A stretch of 64,000 nt of DNA from an uncultured Erythrobacter sp. (GTDB lineage: Bacteria > Pseudomonadota > Alphaproteobacteria > Sphingomonadales > Sphingomonadaceae): assembly GCF_947497915.1 (NCBI RefSeq), contig NZ_CANMIJ010000001.1:925611-989610 (forward strand). The letters run 5' to 3'. Below, piece after piece: positions 17,451 through 27,561 of the stretch. Under the pieces are notes generated by a model. The model was not told the DNA's origin. It saw only the letters and a list, made by a program, of their open reading frames with translations, and did no database searches. Within the stretch, counting starts at the first letter, position 1. Each line of letters opens with the position of its first letter. Made by a program: the position numbers and the translations under genes.

Positions 17451-20400
17451 AGCCGCCGCGCCAGCGATCTATTCTATAGCTGCACATCGCGGCTTTGCCG
17501 ATGCGTTGGTTGCGGGCCTGATCCCGCGCTACTCAGAGGACACGTTCGGCCTTGCACGGCTGACCCTATTGGTGCCGAGCTCGCGCGCGGCGCGCACTTT
17601 GTCAGAGGCATTCGTGCGCCATTCAGGTGAGACAGGTCTCCTGATGCCGCGCATGGTGACAGTCGGCGATCTCGACCTTGATGAGGCGCTGGGCAACCTG
17701 CTCGACCCTCTCGGCGCAACCGACATACCGCCCGCAGTTGAACCGACACAGCGCTGGCTCGAACTGGCGGCGTTGATTGAACGCGAAATTGCCGAGGAAG
17801 GCGGGCCGGATTTACCTGGCGCGGCGCGCCTAAGGCTGGCGCGCGATATGGCCCGCGCGATGGACCGTTTGCTGGTGGAGGATGTTTCGCCATCTGATCT
17901 GACGAGTGATGCGGTGCTCGATATGCTTGGCAATCTGTCGGAGCATTGGAAGAAATCACTTAGACTGTTTGCTCGTGTTCAGGCGCGATGGTTGGAGCGG
18001 CTTGGCGAGCTCCGCATGGTGGATGCCGCCACCCGCCGGAATATGCTGTTTGAACGGGCGGCAAAGAAATGGCGCAGCGATACGCCCACCCATTCGATCA
18101 TCGCAGCCGGTGTCACCAGTGCATCCCCTGCGCTTGCGCGAATGTTGCGCGTTATTGCCGATCTGCCGAATGGGGCTGTGATCTTGCCCGATCTCGATTT
18201 GATGATGTCGGATGAGGCGTGGGACGAACTGGGCCGCGCTGGCGCCGCACTGGAGCCGGGCGGCGATGTGTTCGGCAAAAGCGACGCGCTCACTCACCCG
18301 CAATATCACCTGAAGCTGCTGCTTGGCAGAATGGGAATTGCGCGCGAGGAGGTTCGCCCGTGGCACCGAAAAGGCGATGCCGCGGCCGAGCCTGCGCGCA
18401 GCCATGCGATCAGTTCCCTGTTCCTGCCCCCGCAGGCGAGCCAGTCGTGGATCACTATGCCCGCCGACAAACGCCGCCTATCGGGTGTGCGGATGATGAC
18501 GACTGCAACAGGCGGCGAAGAGGCTCAGGCCATCGCCATGATGGTGCGTGAAGCGTTGGAAGAGCCGACAAAGCGTGTTGCCGTGGTCACCGCAGACCGG
18601 TCGCTTGCGAGGCGCGTAACGCAGCATCTTGAACGCTGGAATATCGCAGCGGATGATACGGCGGGTAAGCCGCTTTCGCTGACGCCGGCTGGACGATTGT
18701 TCGGATTGCTTGCGGGAATTGCTTCGGATGGGTTGGAGCCTGCCCCGCTCATCGCGACGCTTGGCCACCCACTTGTCCAGCGCGAGGAACCCGACGCGCG
18801 CGGCGTGTGGCTAAAGGCGCTGCGCCGATTTGAGCGGGAATTGCGCGGCCCATCGCCAGCACCCGGCTTTGCACCGCTCCGCTCAGTCGCAGACAAGGCG
18901 AGCGTGCGCGAATGGTGGGACGGGGCCGAGACAGTTCTGACACCGCTTTTGACCGAGGCGGATGATATCTCGCTGGCCGATGCGCTCGACCTGCTGACGA
19001 CAGCGGCGGAAGCTCTTGCCGGTGAAGCTGTGTGGGCGCGCGAAGATGGCCGCGCGTTGTCGGCGATGGTCGAAGACGTGCGCCTGCATGCCCGCGCTCG
19101 CGGCACTATGATTGCGCCGGGTGATCTCGCTGGAGCGTTGCGTGATTGCATGGACGCGGTTTCGGTGCGTCCGCCCTATGGCGGACACCCGCGTGTGAGC
19201 ATTTACGGTCTGCTGGAGAGCCGCATGGCGCGCGCGGAATTGATCATTTGCGCCGGCCTTAATGAAGGCACTTGGCCGCAACCTCCCGGCGCCGATCCGC
19301 TGCTAGCGCCGGGGATTTTGCGCGCATTGGGCGTGCCGGGCGCGGAATTTCGCATTGGCCTGTCGGCGCACGATCTTGCCGGGGCGATGGGCGCACCTGA
19401 AGTCGTGTTGAGCCGCGCGCAGCGTGACACAGAGGGGCCGACGCTGGCTTCGCGATTCTGGTTGCGCGTCGAGGCACTGCTTGGCGAAAAGATGGCCGCG
19501 GATCACCGTGAGACGGCAATTCCGGCGATGATGCCGCTGCTTGACCGAGATCCTGAAGCTTCGTCAGAACCGTATCCGCGGCCCCGGCCAAAGCCGAGCG
19601 AAGCGCAGCGGCAGGTGAAGATCAGCGCAACCGCACTAGACCGCCTGCTGGGCGATCCATATCAGTTTTATGCGCGCGAAATTCTGGGGCTGCAAAGCCT
19701 CAATCCGCTGGCCGCCGATCCGTTTGGCGATCCGGCATTGCGCGGCACTTTAGTCCACGACATTCTGGATGCATGGCACAAAGCGCGCATTGATTATCCG
19801 ACGCTTGAACTGGTTCCGTTTGCTGAAAAGCAGCTCACCGAAAAGCAGGTGCACCCGCTGTTTTGGGGACTGTGGCGGCCGCGCATTTGCTCCGCGCTAG
19901 AACGGTTCGAGGAATGGGTTGATGATGCCGCCAATGAAGGCCGAGAGGTCATCGCAACCGAGGTGTGGGGCGAGATGATGTTCGAAGGCGTTCGGGTCGG
20001 CGGTAAGCCTGACCGGATCGACCGTCTGCCCGACGGGACGCTGGCGATTGTCGATTACAAAACCGGTAGTCCGCCCACTGCGTCTCAAGTTGAAGCAGGC
20101 TATGCCTTGCAGCTCGGATTGCTCGGTTTGATTGCGGATATGGGCGCGTTCAACACCGATGATGGCCCGTTGTCAGGTGACGCGACGGGTTTTGAATATT
20201 GGTCTCTTTCCAAGAAGGCTGGCGAGTTTGGCTTTGTCGATGTGCCGATGAAGGTCGGAAACAAACGCTCCGGCCTGCTTCCCGAGGATTTCTTGCATGA
20301 GCACGAACGATATCTGCGCGAGGCGATCAGTAAATATATCAAGGGCGCGGAACCGTTCACGGCAAAGGAGAACCCGGATTACCCCGGCTACACCGATTAC

Positions 20401-20469
20401 GATCAGTTGATGCGTTTAGAGGAATGGCAGATAGGTCTTGCTTCTCAAGACAAAGAGCAAGGCGCGTGA
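17443..20469 (+). CDS. addB: Double-strand break repair protein AddB
   Basis: LLVPSSRAAR, SIYGLLESR, AGLNEGTWP and C-terminal PD-(D/E)XK nuclease GKPDRID...IVDYKTG; upstream of addA. Confidence 0.93.
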   Translation: MGEAAAPAIYSIAAHRGFADALVAGLIPRYSEDTFGLARLTLLVPSSRAARTLSEAFVRHSGETGLLMPRMVTVGDLDLDEALGNLLDPLGATDIPPAVEPTQRWLELAALIEREIAEEGGPDLPGAARLRLARDMARAMDRLLVEDVSPSDLTSDAVLDMLGNLSEHWKKSLRLFARVQARWLERLGELRMVDAATRRNMLFERAAKKWRSDTPTHSIIAAGVTSASPALARMLRVIADLPNGAVILPDLDLMMSDEAWDELGRAGAALEPGGDVFGKSDALTHPQYHLKLLLGRMGIAREEVRPWHRKGDAAAEPARSHAISSLFLPPQASQSWITMPADKRRLSGVRMMTTATGGEEAQAIAMMVREALEEPTKRVAVVTADRSLARRVTQHLERWNIAADDTAGKPLSLTPAGRLFGLLAGIASDGLEPAPLIATLGHPLVQREEPDARGVWLKALRRFERELRGPSPAPGFAPLRSVADKASVREWWDGAETVLTPLLTEADDISLADALDLLTTAAEALAGEAVWAREDGRALSAMVEDVRLHARARGTMIAPGDLAGALRDCMDAVSVRPPYGGHPRVSIYGLLESRMARAELIICAGLNEGTWPQPPGADPLLAPGILRALGVPGAEFRIGLSAHDLAGAMGAPEVVLSRAQRDTEGPTLASRFWLRVEALLGEKMAADHRETAIPAMMPLLDRDPEASSEPYPRPRPKPSEAQRQVKISATALDRLLGDPYQFYAREILGLQSLNPLAADPFGDPALRGTLVHDILDAWHKARIDYPTLELVPFAEKQLTEKQVHPLFWGLWRPRICSALERFEEWVDDAANEGREVIATEVWGEMMFEGVRVGGKPDRIDRLPDGTLAIVDYKTGSPPTASQVEAGYALQLGLLGLIADMGAFNTDDGPLSGDATGFEYWSLSKKAGEFGFVDVPMKVGNKRSGLLPEDFLHEHERYLREAISKYIKGAEPFTAKENPDYPGYTDYDQLMRLEEWQIGLASQDKEQGA

Positions 20470-23400
20470 GCGGCGCTATCGAAAATCAGGGTAAAGTCTA
20501 TCCGCTTGCGGGTGAGCAGCGGCTCGCTGTCAATCCAGAGGACAATGTCTGGCTGTCAGCCTCCGCTGGCACTGGCAAAACGCAGGTGCTTTCGGCGCGT
20601 GTACTGCGCCTGCTTTTGCGGCCCGATGTCGACCCATCAGAAATCTTGTGCCTGACCTTTACAAAGGCTGGCGCGGCGGAAATGGCGACACGGATCAACG
20701 CCGTCCTCGCGCGCTGGGTGCGGATGGATGAGGCGCCGCTGGCAAAAGAACTGGACCACCTCGGCGCGGATATGGGCAAAGCGACGATAGACCGCGCGCG
20801 GACTCTATTCGCGCAGGTGCTCGATTGCCCCGGTGGCGGATTGCGGATCGATACGATCCATGCATTTTCGCAGTGGTTGCTGGCCAATTTCCCCGAAGAA
20901 GCGGGACTGACGCCGGGCGCGCAGCCGATGGAAGACCGCACCCGCGAATTGTTGGCGCGCGATATCCTCACAGAAATGTTGAGCGAAGCGCGGCGGACAG
21001 ATGATACGCGTGTGAACGATGCAGTAACGATGTTTACGACCGCGAAAGACCCCGGCGCGCTGCATGGCTGGCTGATGCGCTGTGCCAAGGCGGAGGACAT
21101 GTGGGTCGGCGAAACCGCATGGCAATCACCGATGGACGCGCGCGTACGGTCCTTGCTGGAGATACCGGCGGACGCCGACGATGCATGGGCGTTCGAAGGG
21201 CTGGGAGCGAATTTCTTTCCCGATGATCAGCTGCTGAGTATGATTGCGCCGCTGGAAGAATGGGGCACGAAGACGGCGAATAAATGCCTCGTTTTCATGC
21301 GTGATTGGCTCTCTTTGGATCATTCTTTGCGGATCGAAGCGTTTGGGGGGTTCAAGGGCACGCTGCTCAAAGCGGATGGCACGCCGAGCCTGCAAATCAA
21401 GAAGCCGCGCGAGAACCATCCTGGCTTCGCCGATGCGCAGGATATGGTGTCGCAGGCTGTCTTGCAGGTCGAAGAACGCCAAGCCCTGCTGAAGCTCGCA
21501 ACGTTCCTTACAGCTGCGCTGGAAATCGGGCGGGCGTTTGCGCTGCGCTGGCAAGAGGCAAAACGGCGCGAGGGACTGCTTGATTTTGACGATCTAATCC
21601 GCCGCGCTGCTGGGTTGCTTAAAGACAGCGTGACGGCTGACTGGATCCGCTACAAGCTTGATCGGCAATTTGATCATATCCTGATTGACGAGGCGCAGGA
21701 CACCAATGGAGCGCAATGGGACATTGTCTTCGCGCTGATCGATGATTTTTTTGCAGGCGACGGCGCGAGCGGGGACAGGCTGCGCACGATCTTCACCGTG
21801 GGTGATTACAAGCAGGCAATCTTTGGCTTTCAGGGCACCAGTCCAGAAAACTTTGCGCGCGCCAAATCAAAGGTTGCCAAAGCGATTGAGGATGCGCGCG
21901 AAAGCGCCGCTGACCTCCGCGATGGGCGGCGGATCCCGGGCTGGCAAGACCTCGATCTGGGCCGGTCTTTCCGCACATCGAAGCCTGTTCTCGATTTCGT
22001 GAACCGCGCGATCGCAATGATCGGATATGAGGAATTTGGCCTACAAGATGCGCCGTCCGATCATATTGGCGCGGCGCGGCCCGGCCTGGTGACTCTATGG
22101 AAGCCCGTCACGTCGGCAAGCGCCTTTGAAGATGACAATTCCGACGATCAGGATTGGCTGCCCGCGCATGACACTTTGCTGGCCGAAAAAATCGCCGAGC
22201 AAGTGCGACGCTGGGTGAAAGGAGACGAACCATTCGTGCTCGCCAAGTCCGAACCCCGCCGCGAAGCGGCAGCGGGCGACATCATGGTGCTGGTGCGTAA
22301 GCGCGGCGCGTTGGCGGCTCAGATTGTTGCAAAACTCTATGCAAAAGGTGTGGCTGTCGCAGGTGTTGATCGGCTGCGTCTGGGGGCGCCTTTGGCGGTC
22401 AAAGACTTGCTCGCGGCATTGCGTTTTGCCGCGCAGCCGCTGGATGATTTGTCGCTCGCCAATTTGCTGTCATCTCCCCTGATCGGGTGGACGCAGGATG
22501 ATCTGCTGGCGCATTTGCCTCGCGGGAAGAATGACGAGCGCAAGAAACCGGTTCAGCTTTGGGGCCACCTTAAACAGAGCGATGATCCGTTCGTTATAGC
22601 GACTTGCGAGACGCTGAAGACACTCCTCGCGCTGACGGATTATCAGACCCCGCAGAGCTTGCTGGCGTGGCTGCTTACTGGCCCGTGGCGCGGGCGCGAA
22701 AAACTGATCGCTCGATTGGGGCGCGAGGCGAATGATCCGATTGATGAATTGATCAACGCCGCGTTTGCTTATGAAAGCGCGCACACGCCGAGCCTCACCG
22801 GATTTATTGAGTGGTTTGATGCCTCGAACGAAGACTTGAAACGCGATGCCGATGGCGCGGGCGGTCAGGTGCGGGTTATGACAGTTCACGGTTCGAAAGG
22901 GTTGCAAGCGCCCATCGTCATCCTCGCCGATGCTACCGGAGCGCCGGGGCAGGGCGGCGATCTGGAACTGGCCGATCTAGAGCTGGGCAACGACACCGCG
23001 CGCGCCGTGCCGCTGCCACCGCTTTCGAAAGATCAAAGACGCGGGCGGGTTGAAGAGGCTGAGGCCACAACCAATGCGGCTAGTATGCAAGAACATTGGC
23101 GGCTGCTTTACGTCGCGATGACCCGCGCGGAAGAGGCACTGTATATCGGTGGCTCGCTCGGCCCTAAAACTGAGAAAAAGGGCCCGCCAGAGGACAGTTG
23201 GTTTGCCCAGCTGGAGCAAGCCTTTAACGGTGATGAGTTGGACGATGGCCTATGGGGGATGCGCCGCGAATGGGGCGAGCGCGCTGATCCAATTGTTACC
23301 GCGCATGACACGGTGTCCGTTGGCGAGCGCGCTGCGCTGCCAGCATGGGCGACCACCGCTATTGGCCCAGAGCCCAAGCCGCCGCGTCCGCTTTCGCCGA

Positions 23401-23996
23401 GTTCTGCCGGTGAAGAACTAGCCGCTGATCCGCCGTTGCCAGCCGATGCCGCCAAAGTCGCGGCGCGGCGAGGGGTGCTGATCCACCGATTGCTGGAACG
23501 ATTGCCCGATATTGCAGCTGATACTCGCAGAGAGGCTGGGGCAACTTGGCTCGCACGGCAGGGCCAAGACCTACCCGAAAAGACGCGGGGTGAAATGCTG
23601 CAAAGCGCCGTGGACGTGCTTGCCAAACCTGCATTTGCTGACATCTTTTCACCGGATGCGCTGGCCGAAGTGCCGCTAACCGCGACAATCGGCGGCACTG
23701 TGATCGCGGGCACGGCCGACCGGTTGTTAGTAACAGATGAGGCCGTGACAGTGGTCGATTTCAAAACCACGCGCCGCCCGCCGCGCAGTGTCGATGCAGT
23801 ACCGGCGGCCACGATGAGGCAGATGGCGGCATACATAGCGGCGCTCGAAGTGATCTTCCCCGGCAAAACGGTGCGCGCGGCGGTGCTTTACACCCAGACG
23901 CCGCAATTGATCGAAATCCCAGCGGTTACACTGGCACCGCACAAGGATCATTTGGGGGATACGCAGGAAAGCTATGCCCCGATCGATATTGAGTAA
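20466..23996 (+). CDS. addA: Double-strand break repair helicase/nuclease AddA
   Basis: SASAGTGKT, CLTFTKAGAAEM, ILIDEAQDT, VGDYKQAIFGFQG, MTVHGSKGLQAP, RLLYVAMTRA and nuclease GTADRL...VDFKT. GTG start at 20466. Confidence 0.96.
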   Translation: MSGAIENQGKVYPLAGEQRLAVNPEDNVWLSASAGTGKTQVLSARVLRLLLRPDVDPSEILCLTFTKAGAAEMATRINAVLARWVRMDEAPLAKELDHLGADMGKATIDRARTLFAQVLDCPGGGLRIDTIHAFSQWLLANFPEEAGLTPGAQPMEDRTRELLARDILTEMLSEARRTDDTRVNDAVTMFTTAKDPGALHGWLMRCAKAEDMWVGETAWQSPMDARVRSLLEIPADADDAWAFEGLGANFFPDDQLLSMIAPLEEWGTKTANKCLVFMRDWLSLDHSLRIEAFGGFKGTLLKADGTPSLQIKKPRENHPGFADAQDMVSQAVLQVEERQALLKLATFLTAALEIGRAFALRWQEAKRREGLLDFDDLIRRAAGLLKDSVTADWIRYKLDRQFDHILIDEAQDTNGAQWDIVFALIDDFFAGDGASGDRLRTIFTVGDYKQAIFGFQGTSPENFARAKSKVAKAIEDARESAADLRDGRRIPGWQDLDLGRSFRTSKPVLDFVNRAIAMIGYEEFGLQDAPSDHIGAARPGLVTLWKPVTSASAFEDDNSDDQDWLPAHDTLLAEKIAEQVRRWVKGDEPFVLAKSEPRREAAAGDIMVLVRKRGALAAQIVAKLYAKGVAVAGVDRLRLGAPLAVKDLLAALRFAAQPLDDLSLANLLSSPLIGWTQDDLLAHLPRGKNDERKKPVQLWGHLKQSDDPFVIATCETLKTLLALTDYQTPQSLLAWLLTGPWRGREKLIARLGREANDPIDELINAAFAYESAHTPSLTGFIEWFDASNEDLKRDADGAGGQVRVMTVHGSKGLQAPIVILADATGAPGQGGDLELADLELGNDTARAVPLPPLSKDQRRGRVEEAEATTNAASMQEHWRLLYVAMTRAEEALYIGGSLGPKTEKKGPPEDSWFAQLEQAFNGDELDDGLWGMRREWGERADPIVTAHDTVSVGERAALPAWATTAIGPEPKPPRPLSPSSAGEELAADPPLPADAAKVAARRGVLIHRLLERLPDIAADTRREAGATWLARQGQDLPEKTRGEMLQSAVDVLAKPAFADIFSPDALAEVPLTATIGGTVIAGTADRLLVTDEAVTVVDFKTTRRPPRSVDAVPAATMRQMAAYIAALEVIFPGKTVRAAVLYTQTPQLIEIPAVTLAPHKDHLGDTQESYAPIDIE

Positions 23997-24045
23997 CTGC
24001 GAAATCTGCCTAGATAGAATGCAACCGATCTACAGGAGATAAATC

Positions 24046-24366
24046 ATGGCCACGATCAATGTGACCGACGAAAATTTCAAAACCGACGTCCTCGAAAGCG
24101 ATAAGCCTGTGCTGGTCGATTTCTGGGCGGATTGGTGCGGGCCATGCAAGATGATCGCACCGGCGCTGGAAGAAATCAGTGACGAGCTGGGCGAACAGGT
24201 GACTATCGCCAAGATGGACATTATGGAAAACACCGGCATTCCGGCGGAAATGGGCGTGCAGTCGATCCCGCTGATGGTGCTGTTCAAAAATGGTGAAGCG
24301 ATTGCGCGAAAAGTTGGCGCCGCGCCGAAAAACCAGCTTAAAGAATGGCTTGAAGGCGAAATTTGA
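24046..24366 (+). CDS. trxA: Thioredoxin
   Basis: VDFWADWCGPCKMIAP motif; AGGAG RBS. Confidence 0.97.
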   Translation: MATINVTDENFKTDVLESDKPVLVDFWADWCGPCKMIAPALEEISDELGEQVTIAKMDIMENTGIPAEMGVQSIPLMVLFKNGEAIARKVGAAPKNQLKEWLEGEI

Positions 24367-24401
24367 TCGCCTGATGGCTTGATAGATTTTTGGGGCGGGC
24401 C

Positions 24402-25199
24402 TTACATCCGCTTCACGAATTCATCCCAAATAACCGGGCTGGCCGCACCGACCAGCCCGGTTTTTTCGTGCTCATCGACGCGGTATTCGCTGCCATCGGG
24501 CCGCGCGGCTTTTCCGCCTGCTTCGTTAAGCCATAAAATGCCAGCCGCATGATCCCAGGCCAACGTCCGCTCAAATGTCGAGACATCATTTTGCTCCATT
24601 GCAAGGCGTGGATATTGCTCTGCGGCGCAGCGCGGAATGTCCACCAATGTGTAATGCGGCGCGATATTCGCATCGATGCGCGCCTTTTGCTCTTCATCCA
24701 TAAAGCCACGCGCTATGGCCGCGATGGGCGGGTTCTCGCCGCTTGCGCGTGCCATAACTTTATCGCCATTGATGAATGCGCCTTCGCCTGATTTTGCGTG
24801 GCACAAACGGTCGGTGACCGGATCATAGAGCCAGCCTGCAATGGCTTTGCCTGCATCCGCCAGCGCGATGATGATCCCGAACGGCCCTTTACCTTCGGTG
24901 TAGTTTGCGGTGCCATCCAACGGGTCGATGATCCAGCATTGTTCGGATAGTCTATCGAGAACCGCCGCATCAGAATGAACGGCCTCTTCGCCAACAACAG
25001 CAACGCCCGGCGCGAGCTTGGTCAGCGCATCGGAGAGAAAACTCTCCACTTCGCGATCAACGATTGTAACGGGGTCATCATCGCCCTTCATCTCGATCTC
25101 GTCATCGGCCAGCGCTCGGAAACGCGGCAGCATGCTCCGCTCCGCTGCAAAACGCAGCAGATCGCGAATTTCGGCGTCAAGAGCAGATAGCTCGCTCAT
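24402..25199 (-). CDS. Inositol monophosphatase family protein
   Basis: VTIVDREVE, VVGEE, WIIDPLDGTANY and WDHAAG motifs. ATG 25199 lies right after the argJ stop. Confidence 0.92.
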   Translation of the reverse strand: MSELSALDAEIRDLLRFAAERSMLPRFRALADDEIEMKGDDDPVTIVDREVESFLSDALTKLAPGVAVVGEEAVHSDAAVLDRLSEQCWIIDPLDGTANYTEGKGPFGIIIALADAGKAIAGWLYDPVTDRLCHAKSGEGAFINGDKVMARASGENPPIAAIARGFMDEEQKARIDANIAPHYTLVDIPRCAAEQYPRLAMEQNDVSTFERTLAWDHAAGILWLNEAGGKAARPDGSEYRVDEHEKTGLVGAASPVIWDEFVKRM

Positions 25200-25200
25200 A

Positions 25201-26427
25201 TCAGCTCCGGTAATCGGCGTTAATGGAGATATATCCATGGGTGAGGTCGCAGGTCCAAACGGTTCCGGCTCCGTCTCCCATGCCCAGCTCAACCGCGAGA
25301 TCGATCTCTGCGCCTTTCAGATGCTCGGCAACGGGCGCTTCGTCGTAATTCTCGACAGGAACGCCGCCGCGCGCGGCCCAGACACCGCCAAATGCGATGG
25401 AGAGCTTGTCGCGGTCAGCCGGCTCGCCAGCTTTGCCGACGGCCATGACAACGCGGCCCCAGTTTGCATCCTCGCCAGCGATGGCGGTTTTGACCAACGG
25501 TGAGTTGGCGATGGAAAGGCCCACGCGGCGTGCGCTGGCATCGCTCACCGCGCCGGAAACGCGCACCGCAATAAATTTGCTCGCTCCTTCGCCGTCACGC
25601 ACGACCAATTGCGCGAGGCTTCGGCATATATCGGTGAGAGCTGCTGCAAATGCGTCTGCACCTGCGCTATCCCAGCTTTCGATCTGTGCATTGCCTGCTT
25701 TGCCGGTCGCGAAGGCGAGCACGGTGTCGCTTGTCGACGTGTCACCGTCGACGGTGATGCAGCTGTAGGTTTTGCCATTCGCCTCGGCCAAAATTTCTTG
25801 CAGGAAAGCGGGCGCGATAGCGGCATCGGTAAAGATATAGCCGAGCATGGTCGCCATATCGGGCGCTATCATGCCGCTGCCTTTAATGATCCCGCAAAGC
25901 TCGACGCGTGTTTCGCCAATCATGGCGGAGCTGTGCGCCCCCTTGGCAAAAGTGTCGGTCGTCGCGATGGCATCGGCTGCGTCTTTCCAGCCGCAAGGCG
26001 CTGAGTTTAGCACTGCTGCAACGCCTTCGCGGGCGCGGTCTTTGGGTAGCGGGACCCCGATGACGCCGGTTGAGGACACGAACACCTGATCCGGCGCGCA
26101 GCCAAGGCCTTCGCCAACCTGTGTCATGATCTGCTCCACCGCTTCCGCGCCTCGATATCCGGTGAAAGCGTTCGAGTTGCCTGCGTTCACGATCAATGCG
26201 CGCGCGGTTCCGCCGTTCACTTGTTTACGGCCAAGTTCCACCTCTGTGGATGCGCAGGCGCTTTGCGTGAAAACACCAGCGACGGACGTGCCTTCGCAAA
26301 GTTCGACAAAGGTCAGATCGCAGCGATCCCAATCCTTATACCGAGCACGCGCCACGCGCAGCGTCACGCCTTCAATCGGTGGCATTTCGGGGAAGGGCAG
26401 GGCGAGGGGAGAAGTTTCCAGTTCCAT
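25201..26427 (-). CDS. argJ: Bifunctional glutamate N-acetyltransferase/amino-acid acetyltransferase
   Basis: NAGNSNAFTG, SSTGVIG, TTDTFAK, KGSGMIAPDMATML, DGDTSTSD, DGEGASK and WTCDLTHGYISINADYRS motifs. Confidence 0.97.
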   Translation of the reverse strand: MELETSPLALPFPEMPPIEGVTLRVARARYKDWDRCDLTFVELCEGTSVAGVFTQSACASTEVELGRKQVNGGTARALIVNAGNSNAFTGYRGAEAVEQIMTQVGEGLGCAPDQVFVSSTGVIGVPLPKDRAREGVAAVLNSAPCGWKDAADAIATTDTFAKGAHSSAMIGETRVELCGIIKGSGMIAPDMATMLGYIFTDAAIAPAFLQEILAEANGKTYSCITVDGDTSTSDTVLAFATGKAGNAQIESWDSAGADAFAAALTDICRSLAQLVVRDGEGASKFIAVRVSGAVSDASARRVGLSIANSPLVKTAIAGEDANWGRVVMAVGKAGEPADRDKLSIAFGGVWAARGGVPVENYDEAPVAEHLKGAEIDLAVELGMGDGAGTVWTCDLTHGYISINADYRS

Positions 26428-26513
26428 GGCAAGCGCATTAGTGATGATCGAGCGGCCTCGCAATTGGCCACAAGAGCTTTCAATCGATCGATTGAGCATA
26501 TAGTTCTCTTGTA

Positions 26514-27209
26514 ATGAAAAAAATTGCACCGCTTTTCGCCCTATCGCTCGCCGCTTTGGCTTCTCCCGTGTTTGCCCAATCCACTGCTGAAGAGGCTGCT
26601 GAAGATGCGATAGAATTGGCAGTTGATGCTGCCCAAAGCGCGGCGCGCCCTGCCGATTGGTCCGCTTCTGTGCAAAGCCCGCGCCCCGTCGATTACATGG
26701 CGCTGGAGCTTAGGCCTGCTGACTATCCCGCTTCCTCATGGGTTGCAGACGAAGAGGGTATGGTTGAATACGAATTGAGCGTGGACGCAGATGGCAAGGT
26801 GAGTGATTGTTCAATCACACAGAGCTCGACTTTCGCTGCTTTGGACGCCAAGACCTGCGAAATCGCGCTATCCCGCGGAGTGTTTCAGCCCGCAACGAAT
26901 GATGACGGTGAGGTGATTGCAGGCGTTTACCGCGATCGGATGATCTGGACTAAGCGCGAGCCCGAATTCGCTGGCACAGCAACAATCCATGTCCGCTATA
27001 ACGTCGCGAAAGACGGGGAAGTCACCGATTGCGACGTTGTGGAATTGAGCGGAGCTATCTCCGATCGCATGCGTCAAACGTTCGAACGTGAACCATGCCC
27101 GGGGATGAATCGACCTGCCCGCGCACTTTACCGAGACGAGAATGGCAACCCTGTGGCGAAAACGATCGAACTGCAGGTGATTGTTAAAGCCGAAACTATT
27201 GAAGAGTAG
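26514..27209 (+). CDS. Signal-peptide protein with TonB C-terminal-like domain(s)
   Basis: MKKIAPLFALSLAALASPVFA|Q signal; DYPA...EEGMVEYELSVDADGKVSDC...SS...LDAKTC...FQPA matches TonB_C; second partial repeat GTATIHVRYNVAKDGEVTDC. Confidence 0.8.
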   Translation: MKKIAPLFALSLAALASPVFAQSTAEEAAEDAIELAVDAAQSAARPADWSASVQSPRPVDYMALELRPADYPASSWVADEEGMVEYELSVDADGKVSDCSITQSSTFAALDAKTCEIALSRGVFQPATNDDGEVIAGVYRDRMIWTKREPEFAGTATIHVRYNVAKDGEVTDCDVVELSGAISDRMRQTFEREPCPGMNRPARALYRDENGNPVAKTIELQVIVKAETIEE

Positions 27210-27285
27210 GGCGGCGAAATCGGTTCACCGCTGTGTATAGCAACGCAGTGGACGTTTGATCCCAATGTCCCTATCTAGGAACACT

Positions 27286-27561
27286 ATGACGCGTAAGCTA
27301 TTCGCCTTCCTGGCCATGCTTTCAGGCCTTGCCGCACTCGGCGGCACGGCAACTGCGTCCTATGCTCACACCACATCTGCATGCAATGCGAGCGTTTCGG
27401 CGAGCGCTGAAAACGTTGGCGTTGATCGGCGCGCCCAATCGAAAGCGACGCCTACCAAGGCGGCGGCTCGTAAAAAGGGCGCAAAGAAAAAGGCACCTAC
27501 GCCTCGTCCGCAATCGCTGCGTATGCCAGTGCTTATGGGTATTGATCGCGCTTACGAATAG
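27286..27561 (+). CDS. Small exported protein upstream of secA; candidate secretion-monitor (arrest peptide) leader
   Basis: AGGA RBS, ATG 27286, Sec signal peptide MTRKLFAFLAMLSGLAALGGTATASYA, Lys/Ala-rich linker, C-terminus PVLMGIDRAYE-stop 117 nt before secA. The monitor function is inferred. Confidence 0.75.
   Translation: MTRKLFAFLAMLSGLAALGGTATASYAHTTSACNASVSASAENVGVDRRAQSKATPTKAAARKKGAKKKAPTPRPQSLRMPVLMGIDRAYE

Noticed and set aside
15290-24366. tsaE-amgK-murU-addB-addA-trxA cluster as a novel system
   Set aside because: It is a well-known conserved alphaproteobacterial gene order.
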